Made by a program: the position numbers and the translations under genes. Below, piece by piece: positions 1-17,200 of a DNA stretch of 64,000 nucleotides. Source of the DNA: the human T2T-CHM13v2.0 reference genome, Homo sapiens; assembly GCF_009914755.1 (NCBI RefSeq), contig NC_060939.1, one strand, 5' to 3'. The first letter of the stretch is position 1. Every line of letters starts with the position of its first letter. The notes under the pieces are model-generated. The model was given only the letters and a program-made list of their open reading frames with translations, was not told the origin of the DNA and searched no databases.

Positions 1-3000
1 GATATTTGGAGCGCTATGAGGCCTATGTTCAAAAGGAAGTATCTTCACTTAAGAACTAGACAGAAACATTCTGACAAACTTCTTTGTGATGTGTGCATTC
101 ATCTCACAGAGTTGAACCATTCTTTTGATTGAGCAGTTTTGAAACACTCTCTTTGTAGAATCTGCAAATGGACATTTGGAGGGCTTTGTGACCTATGGTG
201 GAAAAGGAAATATATTCACATAAAAACTATTCTGAAACATTCTGACAAACTCCTTTGTGATGCGTGCATTCATCTCATGGAGTTGAAACTTCCTTTGCAT
301 TGAGCAGTTTTGAAAAACTCTTTTTGTAGAATTTGCAAGTGTACACTTGGAGCGCTTTGAGGCCTATTGTCGAAAAGGTAAAAAAGTAACATAAAATCTA
401 GACAGGATCATTCTTAGAAAATTCTTACTCATGTGATAATTTATCTCACAGAGTTTAATCTTTCTTTCGATTGAGCAGTTGTGAAACACTCTTTGTAGAA
501 TTTCCACGTGGACATTTGGCCACTTAGAGGCCTATGTTGGAAAAGGAAATATCTTCACATTAAAATTAGACAGAAGCTTTCTGAGGTACTTCTTTGTGAT
601 GTGTGCATTCATCTCAGAGAGTTGAACCTTTCTTATGAATGAGCAGTTTGGAAAAACTCTTTTTGTAGAATCTGCAATTGGACATTTGGAGCGCTTTGCA
701 GCCTATGTTGGAAAAGGAATCATCTCACATAAAAACTAGACAGAAGCAACCTGACAAACTTCTTTGTGATGTCTGCATTCATCTCAAATGGTTGAACCTT
801 ACTTTCGATTGAGCAGTTTTGAAACACTCATTTTGTAGAATCTGCAATTGGTCATTTGGAGCGCTTTGAGGCCTATGATGCAAAACGAAATGTCTTCACA
901 TATTAACTAGACAGAAGCATTCTGAGAAACTTCTTTGTGATGTGTGCATTCCTCTCACAGAACTGAATATTTCTTTTGATTGAGCAGCTTTGAAACACTC
1001 TTTTTGTAGAATCTGCAAGTGGACATTTGCTGCGCTTTGCAAACTATGGTGGAAAAGGGAATATCTTCACATAAAAACTAGACTGAATCATTCTGAGAAA
1101 ATACTTTGTGATGTGTGCATTCATCTCATAGAGTTGAACATTGCTTTTGATTGAGCAGTTTTGAAACACACTTTTTGTACTATCTGGAAGTGGATATTTG
1201 GAGTGCTTTGAGGCCTATGGTGGAGAAGGAAATATCTTCGCATAAAAACTAGACAGAAATATTCTGACAAATTCCTTTGTGATGTGTGCATTTATCTCAC
1301 AGAGTTGAACCTTTCCTTTGATTGAGTAGTTTGGAAACCCTCTTTTTGTAGAATTGGAAAGTGGACATTTGAGTGCTTTGAGGCCTATGGTGGAAAAAGA
1401 AATATCTTCAATTAAAAATTAGACAGAAGCATTCTGAGAGATTTCTTTGTGATGTGTGCATTCACGTCACAGAGTTGAAATTTTCTTTTGATTGAACAGT
1501 TTTGAAACACTCTTTTTGTAAAATCTGCAACTGGACATTTGGAGCACTTTGAGGACTATGATGGAAAAGGAAATATCTTCACATAAAAACTAGACATAAG
1601 CATAATGAGAAACTTCTTTGTGATGTGTGCATTCATCTCACAGAGTTGAACTTTTCTTTTGTTTGAGCAGCTTAAAAACACTCTTTTTGTAGAATCTGCA
1701 AGTGAACTTTTGGAGTGCTTTGAGGCCTATGGCGGAAAAGGAAATATCTTCACATAAAAACTATGGAGAAAGATTCTGACAAACTTCGTCATAATGGGTG
1801 CATTCATCTTATGGAGTTGAAAATTAGTTTTGAATGACCAATTTGAAACACTCTTTTTGTAGAATCTGCACACAGACATTTGGAGCACTTTGAGGCCTAT
1901 GGTGGAAAATGAAATATCTTCACATAAAAACTAGAAAGAAGCATTCTGAAAAAATTTTGTGATGTGTGCATTCATCTCACAGAGTTGGGCCATTCTTTTG
2001 ATTGAGCAGTTTTGAAACACTCTTTTTGTAGAATCTGCAAGCGGACATGTGGAGCGCTTTGAGGCCAATGGTGGAAAAGGAATATCTTCACATAAAAACT
2101 ACTCAGAAGCATTCTGTCAAACTTATTTGTGATGTGTGTATTCATGTCACAGTGTTGAACCTTACTTTTCATTGAGCAGTTTTGAAACACTCTTTTTGTA
2201 GAATCTGCAAGTAGACATTTCGAGCACCTTGATTCCTATGGTGGATAACGAAATATCTTCCTTTAATAACTAGACAGAAGCATGGTGAGAAATTTCTTTG
2301 TGATGTGTGCATTCATCCCACAGAGTTGAACCTTTCTTTAGATTGAGCAGCTTTGAAACACTCTTTTTGTAGGATCTGCAAGTGGTCATTTGGAACACTT
2401 TGAGGCCTATGGTGGAAAAGGAAATATCTTCAGATAAAAACTAGACAGAAGCATTCTACCAAACTTCTTTGTGATGTGTGCATTCATCTCACAGAATTGA
2501 ATCTTACTTTTGATTGAGGAGTTTTGAAAGACGCTTTTTGTACTATTTGCAAGTGGACATTTGGAGTGATTTGAGGCCTATGGTGGAAAAGGAAATATCT
2601 TCACATGAGAACTAGACAGAAGCATCTTGACAAATTTCTTCATCATGTGTGCATTCATCTCACAAAGTTGAACCTTACTTTTCATTGAGCAGTTTTAAAA
2701 CACTGTTATTGTAGAATTTGCAAGTGGATATTTAGAGTGCTGTGAGACCAATGGTGGAAAAGGAAAAATCTTCACATAAAAACTAGACAGAAGCATTGTG
2801 ACAAACTTCTTTGTGATGTGTGCATTCATCTCACAGAGTTGAAACTTTCTTTTGATTGACCAGCTTTCATACTCTCCTTTTGTAGAATCTGGATGTGGAC
2901 ATTTGGAGCGCTTTGAGGCCCATGGTGGAAAGGGTAATATCTTCACATAAAAACCAGACAGAAGCATTCTGACAAACTTCTTTTTGATGTGTGCATTCAT

Positions 3001-4683
3001 CTCACAGAGTTGAACTTTCTTTTGATCGAGCAGCTTTGAAACACTCTTTTTGTAGAATCTGCAAGTGGACATTTGGAGCGCTTTTTGGTGTCTGGTGGAA
3101 AAAGAAGTATCTTTACGTAATAACTAGAGAGAAGCATTCTGACACACTTCTTTGAGATGTGTGCATTCATCTCACAGAGTTGAACCTTTCTTTTGATTGT
3201 GCAGTTTTGAAACAATGTTTTTGTAGAATCTGCAAGTGGACATTTGGAGAGCTTTGAGGCCTATGGTGGAAAAGGAAATATCTTCACATAAAAACTAGAC
3301 AGAAACATTCTGACAAACTTCTTTGTGACGTGTGCATTCATCTCACAGAGTTGAAACTTTCCTTTGATTGGGCAGCTTTAAGCACCCTTTTTGTAGAATC
3401 TGCGAGTGGACTTTTGAAGCGCTTTGAAGCCTATGGTGAAAAAAGGAATATCTTCACATAAAAACTAGACACAAGAATTCTGACAAACTTCTTTGTGATT
3501 TCTTTATTCATCTCAGAGAGGTGACCCTTACTTTTGATTGAGCAGATTTGAAACACTTTTTTTGTAGAATCTGGAAGTGGACATTTGGGGCGCTTTGAGG
3601 CCTATGGTGGAAACGGAAATATCTTCACATAAAAACCAGGCAGAAGCATTCTGACAAACTTCTTTGTGATGTGTGCATTCATCTCACCGAGTTGAACATT
3701 TCTTTTGATTCGGCAGCTTTGAAACACTCTTTTTTTTGAATCTGCAAGTGGACATTTGGAGCGCTTTGTGTCCTATGGTGGAAAAGGATATATCATCACA
3801 TAAAAACTAGATAGAAGCATTCTGACAAACTTGTCTGTGATGTGTGCGTTTATCTCACAGAGTTGACCCTTACTTTTCATTGTGGAGTTTTGAAACACTG
3901 TTTTTGTAGAATCTGCAAGTGGACATTTGGAGCGCTTTGAGGCCTACAGTGTAAAAGGAAATATCTTCACAAAAAAACTAGACAGAAGCATTCTGACAAT
4001 CTTATTTGTGATGTGTGCAATCATCTCACAGAGTTTAACTTTCCTTTAGATTGAGCAGCTTTGAATCACTCTTTTTGTAGAATCTGCAAGTGGATATTTT
4101 GAGCGCTTTGAGGCTTATGGTGGAAAAGGAAATACCTTCACATAAAAACTAGACAGAAGGATTCTGACAAAATTCTTTGTGATGTGTGCATTCATCAGAG
4201 AGTTGAACCTTACTTTTCATTGAGCAGTTTTGAAACACTCTTTTTGTAGAATCTGCAAGTGTACATTTGGGGCGCTTTAAGGCCTTTATTGGAAAAGGAA
4301 ATATCTTCATATAAAAACTATACAGAAGCATTCGGACAAACTTTGTGACGTGCGTTTTCATCTCACAGAGTTAAAACTTTCTTTTGATTCAGCAGCTTTT
4401 AAACACCCTTTTTGTAGGATCTGCTAGGGGACATTTGGAGCGATTTGAGGCCTATGGTGGAAAAGGAATTATCTTTACATAACAACTAGACAAAAGAATT
4501 CTGAGAAACTTCTCTGTGATGTGTGTGTTCATGTCACAGAGTTGAACCTTTCTTTTGATTGAGCAGTTTGGAATCTCTTTTTGTAGAATCAGCAAATGGA
4601 CATTTGGAGGGCTTTGCAGCTATGGTAGAAAAGGATATATCGTCACATAAAATCTAGACAGAAGCAATCGGATAAACTTGTTT
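1..4683 (+). repeat. Alpha satellite, divergent monomeric A-type array (layer 1; dimeric layer starts ~4440)
   Basis: ~171-bp tandem units 'gaagcattctgacaaacttctttgtgatgtgtgcattcatctcacagagttgaac...ctgcaagtggacatttggagcgctttgaggcctatggtggaaaaggaaatatcttcacataaaaactagaca'. Neighbouring units visibly diverged. pJalpha-type box, no CENP-B box seen. Confidence 0.97.
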
Positions 4684-8228
<3,545 letters not shown>

Positions 8229-8230
<2 letters not shown>

Positions 8231-11200
8231 AGGAACTTCTTTGTGATGTGTACATTCATTTTACAGAGTTAAAACTTTCTTTGATTGAGCAGTTTCGAAA
8301 CTCACTTTTTGTAGCATCTGCAAGCGTACTTTTGTAGCACTTTGCATCTTGTGGTAGAAAAGGAAATATCTTCACATAAAATCTACATAGAAGCAATCTG
8401 AGATACTTCTTTGTGATGTGTGCATTCATCTCACAGAGTTAAAACTTTCTCTTGATTGAGGAGTTTTGAAACCCTCTTTTTGTAGAATCTGCAAGTGGAC
8501 ATTTGGAGCGCTTTGTGGCCTATGGTGGAAAAGGAAATAACTTCACATAAAAACTAGACAGAAGAATTCTGAGAAACTTCTTTGTGATGTGTGTGTTCAT
8601 CTGACAGAGTTGAACTTTCTTTTGATTGAGCAGTTTGGAAACACTCTTTTTATACCATCGGCAAATGGACATTTGGGGCGCTTTTGGGCCTATGTTAGAA
8701 AAGGAAATATCTTCACATGCAATCTAGACGGAAGCATTCTGAGAAATTTCTTTATGATGTGTGCGTTCATCTCACAAAGCTGAACATTTATTTTGATTGA
8801 GCACTTTGGAAACACTCTTTTTGTAGAATCCACAAGTGGACAATTTGGAGTGCTTTGCAGCCTTTGGTAGAAATTGAAATATCTTCAACTAAAATCTACA
8901 CAAAAGCAATCTGAGAAGCTTCTTTGTGATATGTGCATTCACCTCAAAGAGATAAACCTTTCTTTTGATTGAGCAGTTTTGAAACTCTCTTTTTGTATAA
9001 TCTGCAAGTGGACATTTAGAGTGCTATGAGGCCTATGGTGGAAAAGGAAATATCTTCACATAAAAACTAGACAGAGGAATTCTGAGAAACATCTTTGTGA
9101 TGGGTGTGTTCATCTCACAGAGTTGAACGTTTCCTTTGACTGAGCAGTTTGGAAACACTCCTTTGTAGAATCTGCAAGTGGACATATGGAGCGCTTTGCA
9201 GCCTATGGTAGAAACGGAAATATCTTCACATAAAACCTAGACAGAAGCAATCTGAGAAACTTCTTTGTGATGTGTGCTTTCATCTCACAGAGTTAAACCT
9301 TTCTTTTGATTGAGCAGTTTTGAAAATCTCTTTTTGTGGAATCCGCAATGGACATTTGGAATGCTATGAGGCCTACGGTGGAAAAGGAAATTACTTTGTG
9401 ATATTTGTGTTCATCTCACAGAGCTGAAACTTACTTTTGATTGAGCAGTTTGGAAACACTGCTTTTGTAGAATCTGCAAGTGGATATTTGTAGCGCTTTG
9501 TGGCATGAGGTAGAAAAGGAAATATCTTCACCTAAAGTCTAAACAGAAGCAACCTTAGAAACTTATTTGCAATGTGTGCATTCATCTCACAGAGCTAAAT
9601 CTTTCTTTCGATTGAACAGTTTTGACACTCTCTTTTTGTAGAATCTGCAAGTGGACATTTGGAGCGCTTTCAGGTCTATGGTGGAAAAGGATATATCTTC
9701 ACATAAAAACTACACAGAAGAATTCTGAGAAACTTCTTTGTGATGTATGCATTCATCTCACAGAGTTGAACCTTTATTTTGATTGAGCAGTTTGGAAGCA
9801 CTCTTTTTATAGATTCTGCAAGTGGACATTTGCAGCGTTTGGTGGCCTATGGTAGAAAAAGAAATATCTTCACATAAAATCTAGACAGAAGCAATCTGAG
9901 AAACTTCGTTGTGATGTGTGCTTTCATCTCACAGAGTTAACACTTTCTTTTGATTGTGCAGTTTTGAAACTCTCTTTTTGTAGAATCTACAAGTGGACAT
10001 TTGGAGCGCTTTGAGGCCTATGGTGGAAAAAGAAATATCTTCACGTGAAAACTAGACAGAAGAATTCTGAGAAACTTTTCGTGATGTGAGCATTCATCTC
10101 ACAGAGTTAAACCTTTCCTTTGATTGAACAGTTTTGAAAATCTCTTATTGTAGAATCTACAAGAGAACATTTGGATCGCTTTGCGGCTTTGTTAGGAAAG
10201 GAAGTATCTTCACATAAAATCTAGACAGAAGCAATCTGAGAAACTTCTTTGTGATGTGTGCATTCATCTCACAGAGTTAAACATTTCTTTTTCTTGAGCA
10301 GTTTTGAAACTCTGTTTTTGCAGAATCTGCAAGTGGACATTTGGAGTGCTTTAAGGCCTATGGTGAAAAAAGGAAATATCTTCACATAAAACTAGATAGA
10401 AAAATTCTGAGAAACATCTTTGTGATGCGTGCATTCATAACACAGATATGAACCTTTCTTTTGATTGAGCAGTTTAAAAACACTCTTTATTTAGAATCTG
10501 CACGTGGACATTTGGAGTGCTTTGTGGCCTATGGTAGAAAAGGAAATATCTTCATATAAAATCTAGAAACAAGCAATCTGGGAAACTCCTTTGTGATGTG
10601 TGCATTCATCTCACAGGGTTAAAATTTTGTTTTGATTGATCAGTTTTGAAACTCTTTTTTTGTAGAATCTGCAAGTGGACTTTGGAGTGCTTTGAGGCAT
10701 AAGTTGGAAAAGGAAATATCTTCACATAAAAACTAGACAGAGGAATTCTCAGAAACTTCTTTGTGTTGTGTGTGTTCATCTCACAGAGTTGAAACTTTCT
10801 TTTCATTGTGCCATTTGGAAACACTCTTTTTGCAGAATGTGGAAGTGGACATTTAGAGGGCTTTGTGGCCTATGGTAGAAAAGGAGATATCTTCACATAA
10901 AATCTAGACAGAAGCAATCTGAGAAACTTCTTTGTGATGAGAGCATTCATCTTACAGAGTTAAACCTTTCTTTTGATTGAGTAGTTTTGAAACTCTCTTT
11001 TTGTAGAATCTGCATGTGGACATTTGGAGTGCTTTGAGGCCTAAGGTGGAAAAGGAAATATCTTCACATAAAAACTGGATAGAAGCATTCTGAGAAACTT
11101 ATTTTTGATGTGTGCATTCATCTCTCATAGTTTAACCTTTATTTTGAAGGACCAGTTTTCAAACACTCTTTTTGAAGAATCTACAAGAGGACATTTTGAG

Positions 11201-14200
11201 CGCCTTAAGGCCTATGGTGGAGAAGGAAATATCTTCAAATAAATACCATATAGAAGAATTCTGGGAAACTTCTTTGTGATGTGAGCATTCATCTCAACGA
11301 GGTGAACCTTTCTTTTCATGGAGCAGTTTGGAAATACTCTTTTTGTAGAAGCTGCAAGTGGACATTTGTAGTGCTTTGCGTCCTGTGGTAGAAAAGGAAA
11401 TACCTTCACATAAAATCTAGAGAGAAGCAATCTGAGAAACCTGTTTGTGATGTGTGCACTCATCTCACAGAGTTCAACTTTTATTTTGATTGAGCAGTTT
11501 TGAAACACTCTTTTTGTAGAATCTGCAAGTGGACATTTGGATCACTTTGTGGCCTATGTTAGAAAAGGAATATCTTTGCATAAAATCTAGACACAAGCCA
11601 TGTGAGAAACTTCTTTGTGACGTGTGCATTCATCTCACAGGTTTAAACCTATCTTTTAATTGAGCAGTTTTGAAACTCTCTTTGTGTAGAATCTGCAAGT
11701 GGACATTTGGAGCGCTTTGAGGCCTATAGTGGAAACAGAAATATCTTCACATAAAAACTAGACAGAAGAATTGTGAGAAACTTATTTGTGATGTGTGCGT
11801 TAATCTCACAGATTTGAACTTTCTTTTGATTGAGCAGTTAGGCAATGCTCTTATTGTAGAATCTGCAAGTGGACATTTGGAGTGCTCTATGGCCTATGGT
11901 AGAAAAGGAAATATCTTCACATAAAATCTAGAAAGAAGTAATCTGAAAAAGTTTTTTGTGAAGTGTGCATTCATCGCACAGAGATAAACCTGTCTTTTCC
12001 TTCAGCAGTTTCGGAACTCTCTTTTTGAAGAATCTGCAAGTGTACATTTGGAGCGCTTTGAGGCCTTTGGTGGAAGAGGAAATATGTTCACATTAAAACT
12101 AGACAGAAGAATTCTGAGAAACTTCTTTATAATGTGTGCATTCATCTCACTGAGTTGAATCTTTCTTTTGATTGAGCAGTTTGGAAACAATCATTTGTGG
12201 AATCTGCAAGTGGACATTTGGAGCGTTTTGCATCCTGTGGTTGAAAAGGAATTATCTTCACATAAATTTTAGACAGAAGCAATCTGAGAAACTTCTTTGT
12301 GATGTGTGTGTTCATCTCACAGAGTTGAACCTTTGTTTTGATAGAGCAGTTTGGAAGCACTCTTTTTTTAGAATCAGCAAGCGGACATTTGGAGCGCATT
12401 GCGGCCTATGTTAGAGAAGGAAATATCTTCACATAAAATCTAGAGAGAAACAATCTGAGAAAGTTCTTTGTGATGTCTGCATTCAGCTCACAGAGTTGAA
12501 CCTATCTTTTGATAGAGTAGTTTTTAAACTCTCCTTTTGTAGAATCTGCAATTGCACATTTTTGCGCTTTGCAGCATATGTTAGAAAAGGCAGTATTTTC
12601 ACATAAAATCTAGACAGAAGCAATCTGAGAAACTTCTTAGTGATATGTGCTTTCATCACACTGAGTTGACACTTTCTTTTGATTGAGCAGTTTGGAAACA
12701 CTCTTTTGTAGAATCTGCAAGTGGACATTTTGAGCGCTTTGTGGCCTATGGTAGAAAAGGAAATATCTTCAACTAACATCTACACAAAAGCAAAGTGAGA
12801 AACTTCTTTCTGATGTGTGCATTCATCTCACAGAGTTAAACCTTTCTTTTGATTGAGCATTTATGAAACTCTCTTTTTGTAAATTCTACAAGTGGACATT
12901 TGGAGCGCTTTGAGGACTATGGTGGAAAAGGAAATAGCTTCACATAAAAACTAGAGAGAAGAATTCTGAGAAACTTCTTTGTGATATGTGCGTTCATCAC
13001 ACAGAACCTTTCTTTGAATTGAGCAGTTTGGAAACACTCTTTTTGTAGAACCTGCAAGTGGACATTTGGAGCGCTTTGAGGCCTGTGGTGGCAAAGCGAA
13101 AATCTTCACATTAAAGACTGGATAGAAGAATTTTGAGAAACTTCTTTGTGGTGCGTGGTTTAATCTCACAGAGTTGAACATTTCTTTTGATGGAGCAGTT
13201 TGGAAACACTCTTGTTGTAGAATCTGCAAGCAGACATCTGGAGTGCTTTCGGGCCTATTTTAGAAAGGGGAATATCTTCATATAAAAACTAGACAGAAGA
13301 ATTCTGAGAAACCTTTTTGTGATGTGTGCATTCATCTCACAGAGTTGAACATTTCCTTGAATTGAGCAGTTTTAACACTCTCTTTTTGTAGAACCTACAA
13401 GTGGACATTCGGAGCTCTTTGCGGCCTCTGTTAGAAAAGGAAATATCTTAACATAAAATCTACATAGTAGCAATCTCAGAAACTTCCTTGTGATGTGTGC
13501 ATTCATCTCACAGGGTTAAACTTTTCTTTTGATGGAGCAGTTTTGAAACTTTCTTTTTGTAGGATCTGCAAGTGGACATTTGGAGCACTTTGAGGTCTAT
13601 GGTGGAAAAGAAAATACCTTCACATAAAAACTAGACAGAAGAATTCTGAGAAACTTCTTTGTGGTGTGTGCATTCATCTCACATACTTGAAACTTTCCTT
13701 TAGTTGAGCAGTTTGGAAACCCTCTTTTTGTTGAATCTGCAAGTGGACCTTTGGAGCGCTTTGATGCCTATTGTGGAAAAGGAAATATCTTCACATAAAA
13801 ACTATACAGAAGAATTCCGAGACATTTCTTTGTGATGTGCGCGTTGATCTCACAGAGTTGAACCTTTCTTTTGATTCAGCAGTTTGGAAACACTCTTTTT
13901 CTAGAATCTGCAAGTGGACATTTGGAGCACTTTGGGGCCTGTTGTACTAAAGGAAATATCTTCACATAAAATATAGACAGAAGCAACCTGAGAAACTTCT
14001 TTCTGATGTGTGCGATCATCTCACAGGGTTGAAACTTTCTTTTGATTAAGCAGTTTGGAAACACTCTTTTTGTAGCATCTGCAAGTGGACATTTGGAGCA
14101 CTTTGAGGCCTGTGGAGGAAAAGCAAAAATCTTCACATGAAAACTAGTCAGAAGAATTTTGAGAAACTACTTTGTGATGCATACGTTAATCTCACGGAGT

Positions 14201-17200
14201 TGAACATTTCTTTTGATTGAGCAGTTTGGAAACACTCTTTATGTAGAACCTGCAAGCAGACATTTGGAGTGCTTTTGGGTCTATTTTAGAAGGGAATATC
14301 TTCACATAAAAACTAGACAGAAAAATTCTGAGAAACTTCTTTGTGATGTGTGCATTCATCTCACAGAGTTGAACCTTTCTTTGAATTGAGCAGTTTTGAA
14401 ACTCTTTTTGCAGAACCTGCAAGTGGACATTTGGAGCGCTTTGCGGTCTCTGTGAGAAAAGGAAATATCTTAACATAAAATCTACACAGTAGCAATCTGA
14501 GAAACTTCGTAGTGATGTGTGCATTCATCTCACACAGTTAAAACTTTCCTCTGATTGAGCAGTTTTGAAACGCTCTTTTTGTAGAATCTGCAAGTGGACA
14601 TTTGGATCGCTTTGCTGCCTACGTTAGAAAAGGAAGTATCTTTACATAAAATCTAGACAGAAGCCATAAGAGAAACCTCTTTGTGTTGTGTGCATTCATC
14701 TCACAGAGTTAAAGCTTTATTTTGACTGAGCAGTTTTGAAACTCTCTTTTGGTAGAATCTGCAAGTGGACATTTGGAGTGCTTTGAGGCCTATGGTGGAA
14801 AACGAAATATCTTCACATAAAAACTAGACCGAAGAATTGTGAGAAACTTCCTTGTGACTTGTGCGTTAATCTCACAGATTTTAACATTTCTTTTGATTGA
14901 GTAGTTAGGCAATGCTCTTATTGTAGAATCTGCAAGTGGACATTTGGAGCGCTTTGTGGCCTATGGTAGAAAAGGAAATATCTTTACATAAAATCTAGAA
15001 AGAAGCACACTGTAAAAGTTTTTGTGATGTGTGCAGTCATCTCACAGATATAAACCATTCTTTTGATTTACCAGTTTTGGAACTCTCTTTTTGCAGAATC
15101 TGCAAGTGGACATTTGGAGCGCTTTGAGGCCTATGGTGGAAGAGGAAATATGTTCACATAAAAACTAGACAGAATAATACTGACAAACTTCTTTGTGATT
15201 TGTGCATTCATCTCACTGAGTTGAGCCTTTCTTTTGATTGAGCAGTTTGGAAACAATCTTTTTGTAGACTCTGCAAGTGGACATTTGGAGCACATTGCAT
15301 CCTGTGGTTGACAAGGAAATATTTTCACATAATTTGTAGACAGAAGCAATCTGAGAAACTTCTTTGTGATGTGTGTGTTCATCTCACAGAGTTGAACCTT
15401 TATTTTGATAGAGCAGTTTGGAAACACTCTTTTTGTAGAATCTGCAAGTGAACGTTTAGAGCGCTTTGCGGCCTCTGTTAGAAAAGGAAATATCTTCACA
15501 TAAAATCTAGACAGAAGAAATCTGAGAAACTTCCTTATGCTGTGTGCATTCATCTCACAGAGTTAAAACTTTCCTTTGATTGAGCAGTTTTGAAACTCTC
15601 TTTTTGCAGAAACTGCAAGTAGAAATTTGGAGCGCTTTGAGGCCTATGGTGGAAAAAGAAATATCTTCAAATAAAAACTAGACAGAAGAATTCTGAGAAA
15701 CTTCTTGGTGATGTGTACGTTCAACTCACAGAGTTTAACCATTCTCTTGATTGAGCAGTTTGGAAACACTCTTTTTGTAGAATCTGCAAGTGAACATTTG
15801 GAGTGCTTTGCAGCCTATGGTAGAAAAGGAAATATCTTCACATAAAATCTAGATGGAAGCAGTCTGAGAAACTTCTTCATGATGGGTTAATTCACCTCAC
15901 AGAGTTAAAACTTTCTTTAGATTGAGCAGTTTTGAAACTCTCTTTTTGTAGAATCTACAAGTGGACATTTAGAGCGCTTTGAGGCCTATGGTGGAAAAGG
16001 AAATACCTTCACATAGAAACTAGACAGAAGAATTCTGAGAAACTTCTTTGTGATGTGTGCGTTCATCTCATAGAGTTGAACCTTCCTTTGGATTGAGTAG
16101 TTTGGAAACACTCTTTTTGTAGAATCTGCAAGTGGACTTTTGGAACACTTTATGGCCTATGGTAGAAAAGGAAATATCTTCACATAAAATCTAGGCAGAA
16201 GCAATCTGAGAAACTTCTTTGTGATGTGTGCATTCATCTCACAGAGTTAAAGCTGTCTTTTGATTGAGCAGTTTTGAAACTCTCTTATTGTACTATCTGC
16301 AAGTGGACATTTGGAGAGCTTTGAAGCTTATGGTGGAAAAGGAAATATCTTCACATAAAAATTAGATAGAAGCATTCTGAGAAACTTCTTTGTGATGTGT
16401 GCATTCATGTCCCAGAGATGAACCTTTCTTTTGAAGGACCAGTTTTGAAGTACTCTTTTTGTAGAATCTGCAAGTGGACACCTCGAGCTCCTTGAGGCCT
16501 ATATTGGAAAAGGAAATATCATCACATAAAAACTAGACAGAAGAATTCTGAGAAACTTCTTCTTGTTATGGGCGTTCATATCTCTGAGTTGAACTTTTCT
16601 TTTGATTGAATGGTTTGGAACACTCTTTCTGTAGAATCTGCAAGTGGACATTTGGAGCGCCTTGCGACTTAAGGTGGAAAAGGAAATATCTTCACATAAA
16701 ATCCAGACAGAAGCAATCTGAGAAACTTCTTTATGATACGTGTATTCATCTCAAAGGGTTAACCCTTTCTTTTGATTGAGCAGTTTTGAAACTCTTTTTG
16801 TAGAATCTGCAATTGGACATTTCTATCGCTTAGAGGCCTATGGTGGAACAGGGTATATCTTCACATAAAAACTAGACAGAAGAATTCTGAGAAACATCTT
16901 TGTGATGTGGGCATTCATCTCACAGAGTTGAACCTTTCTTTTGATTGAGCAGTTTGGAAACACACTTTTTTTGGACTCTGCAAGTGGACATTTGGAGCGT
17001 TTTGTGGCCTATGGTAAAAAAGGATATATCTTCACATAAAATCTAGACAGACGAATTTGAGAAATTTCTTTGTGATGTGCACATTCATCTCGCAGAGTTC
17101 AACATTTCTTTTGATTTAGCAGTTTAGAAACTCTCTTTTTGTAGAATCTGCAGTTGGACATTTTGAGCCCTTTGAGGTCAGTGGTGGAAATGGGAATATC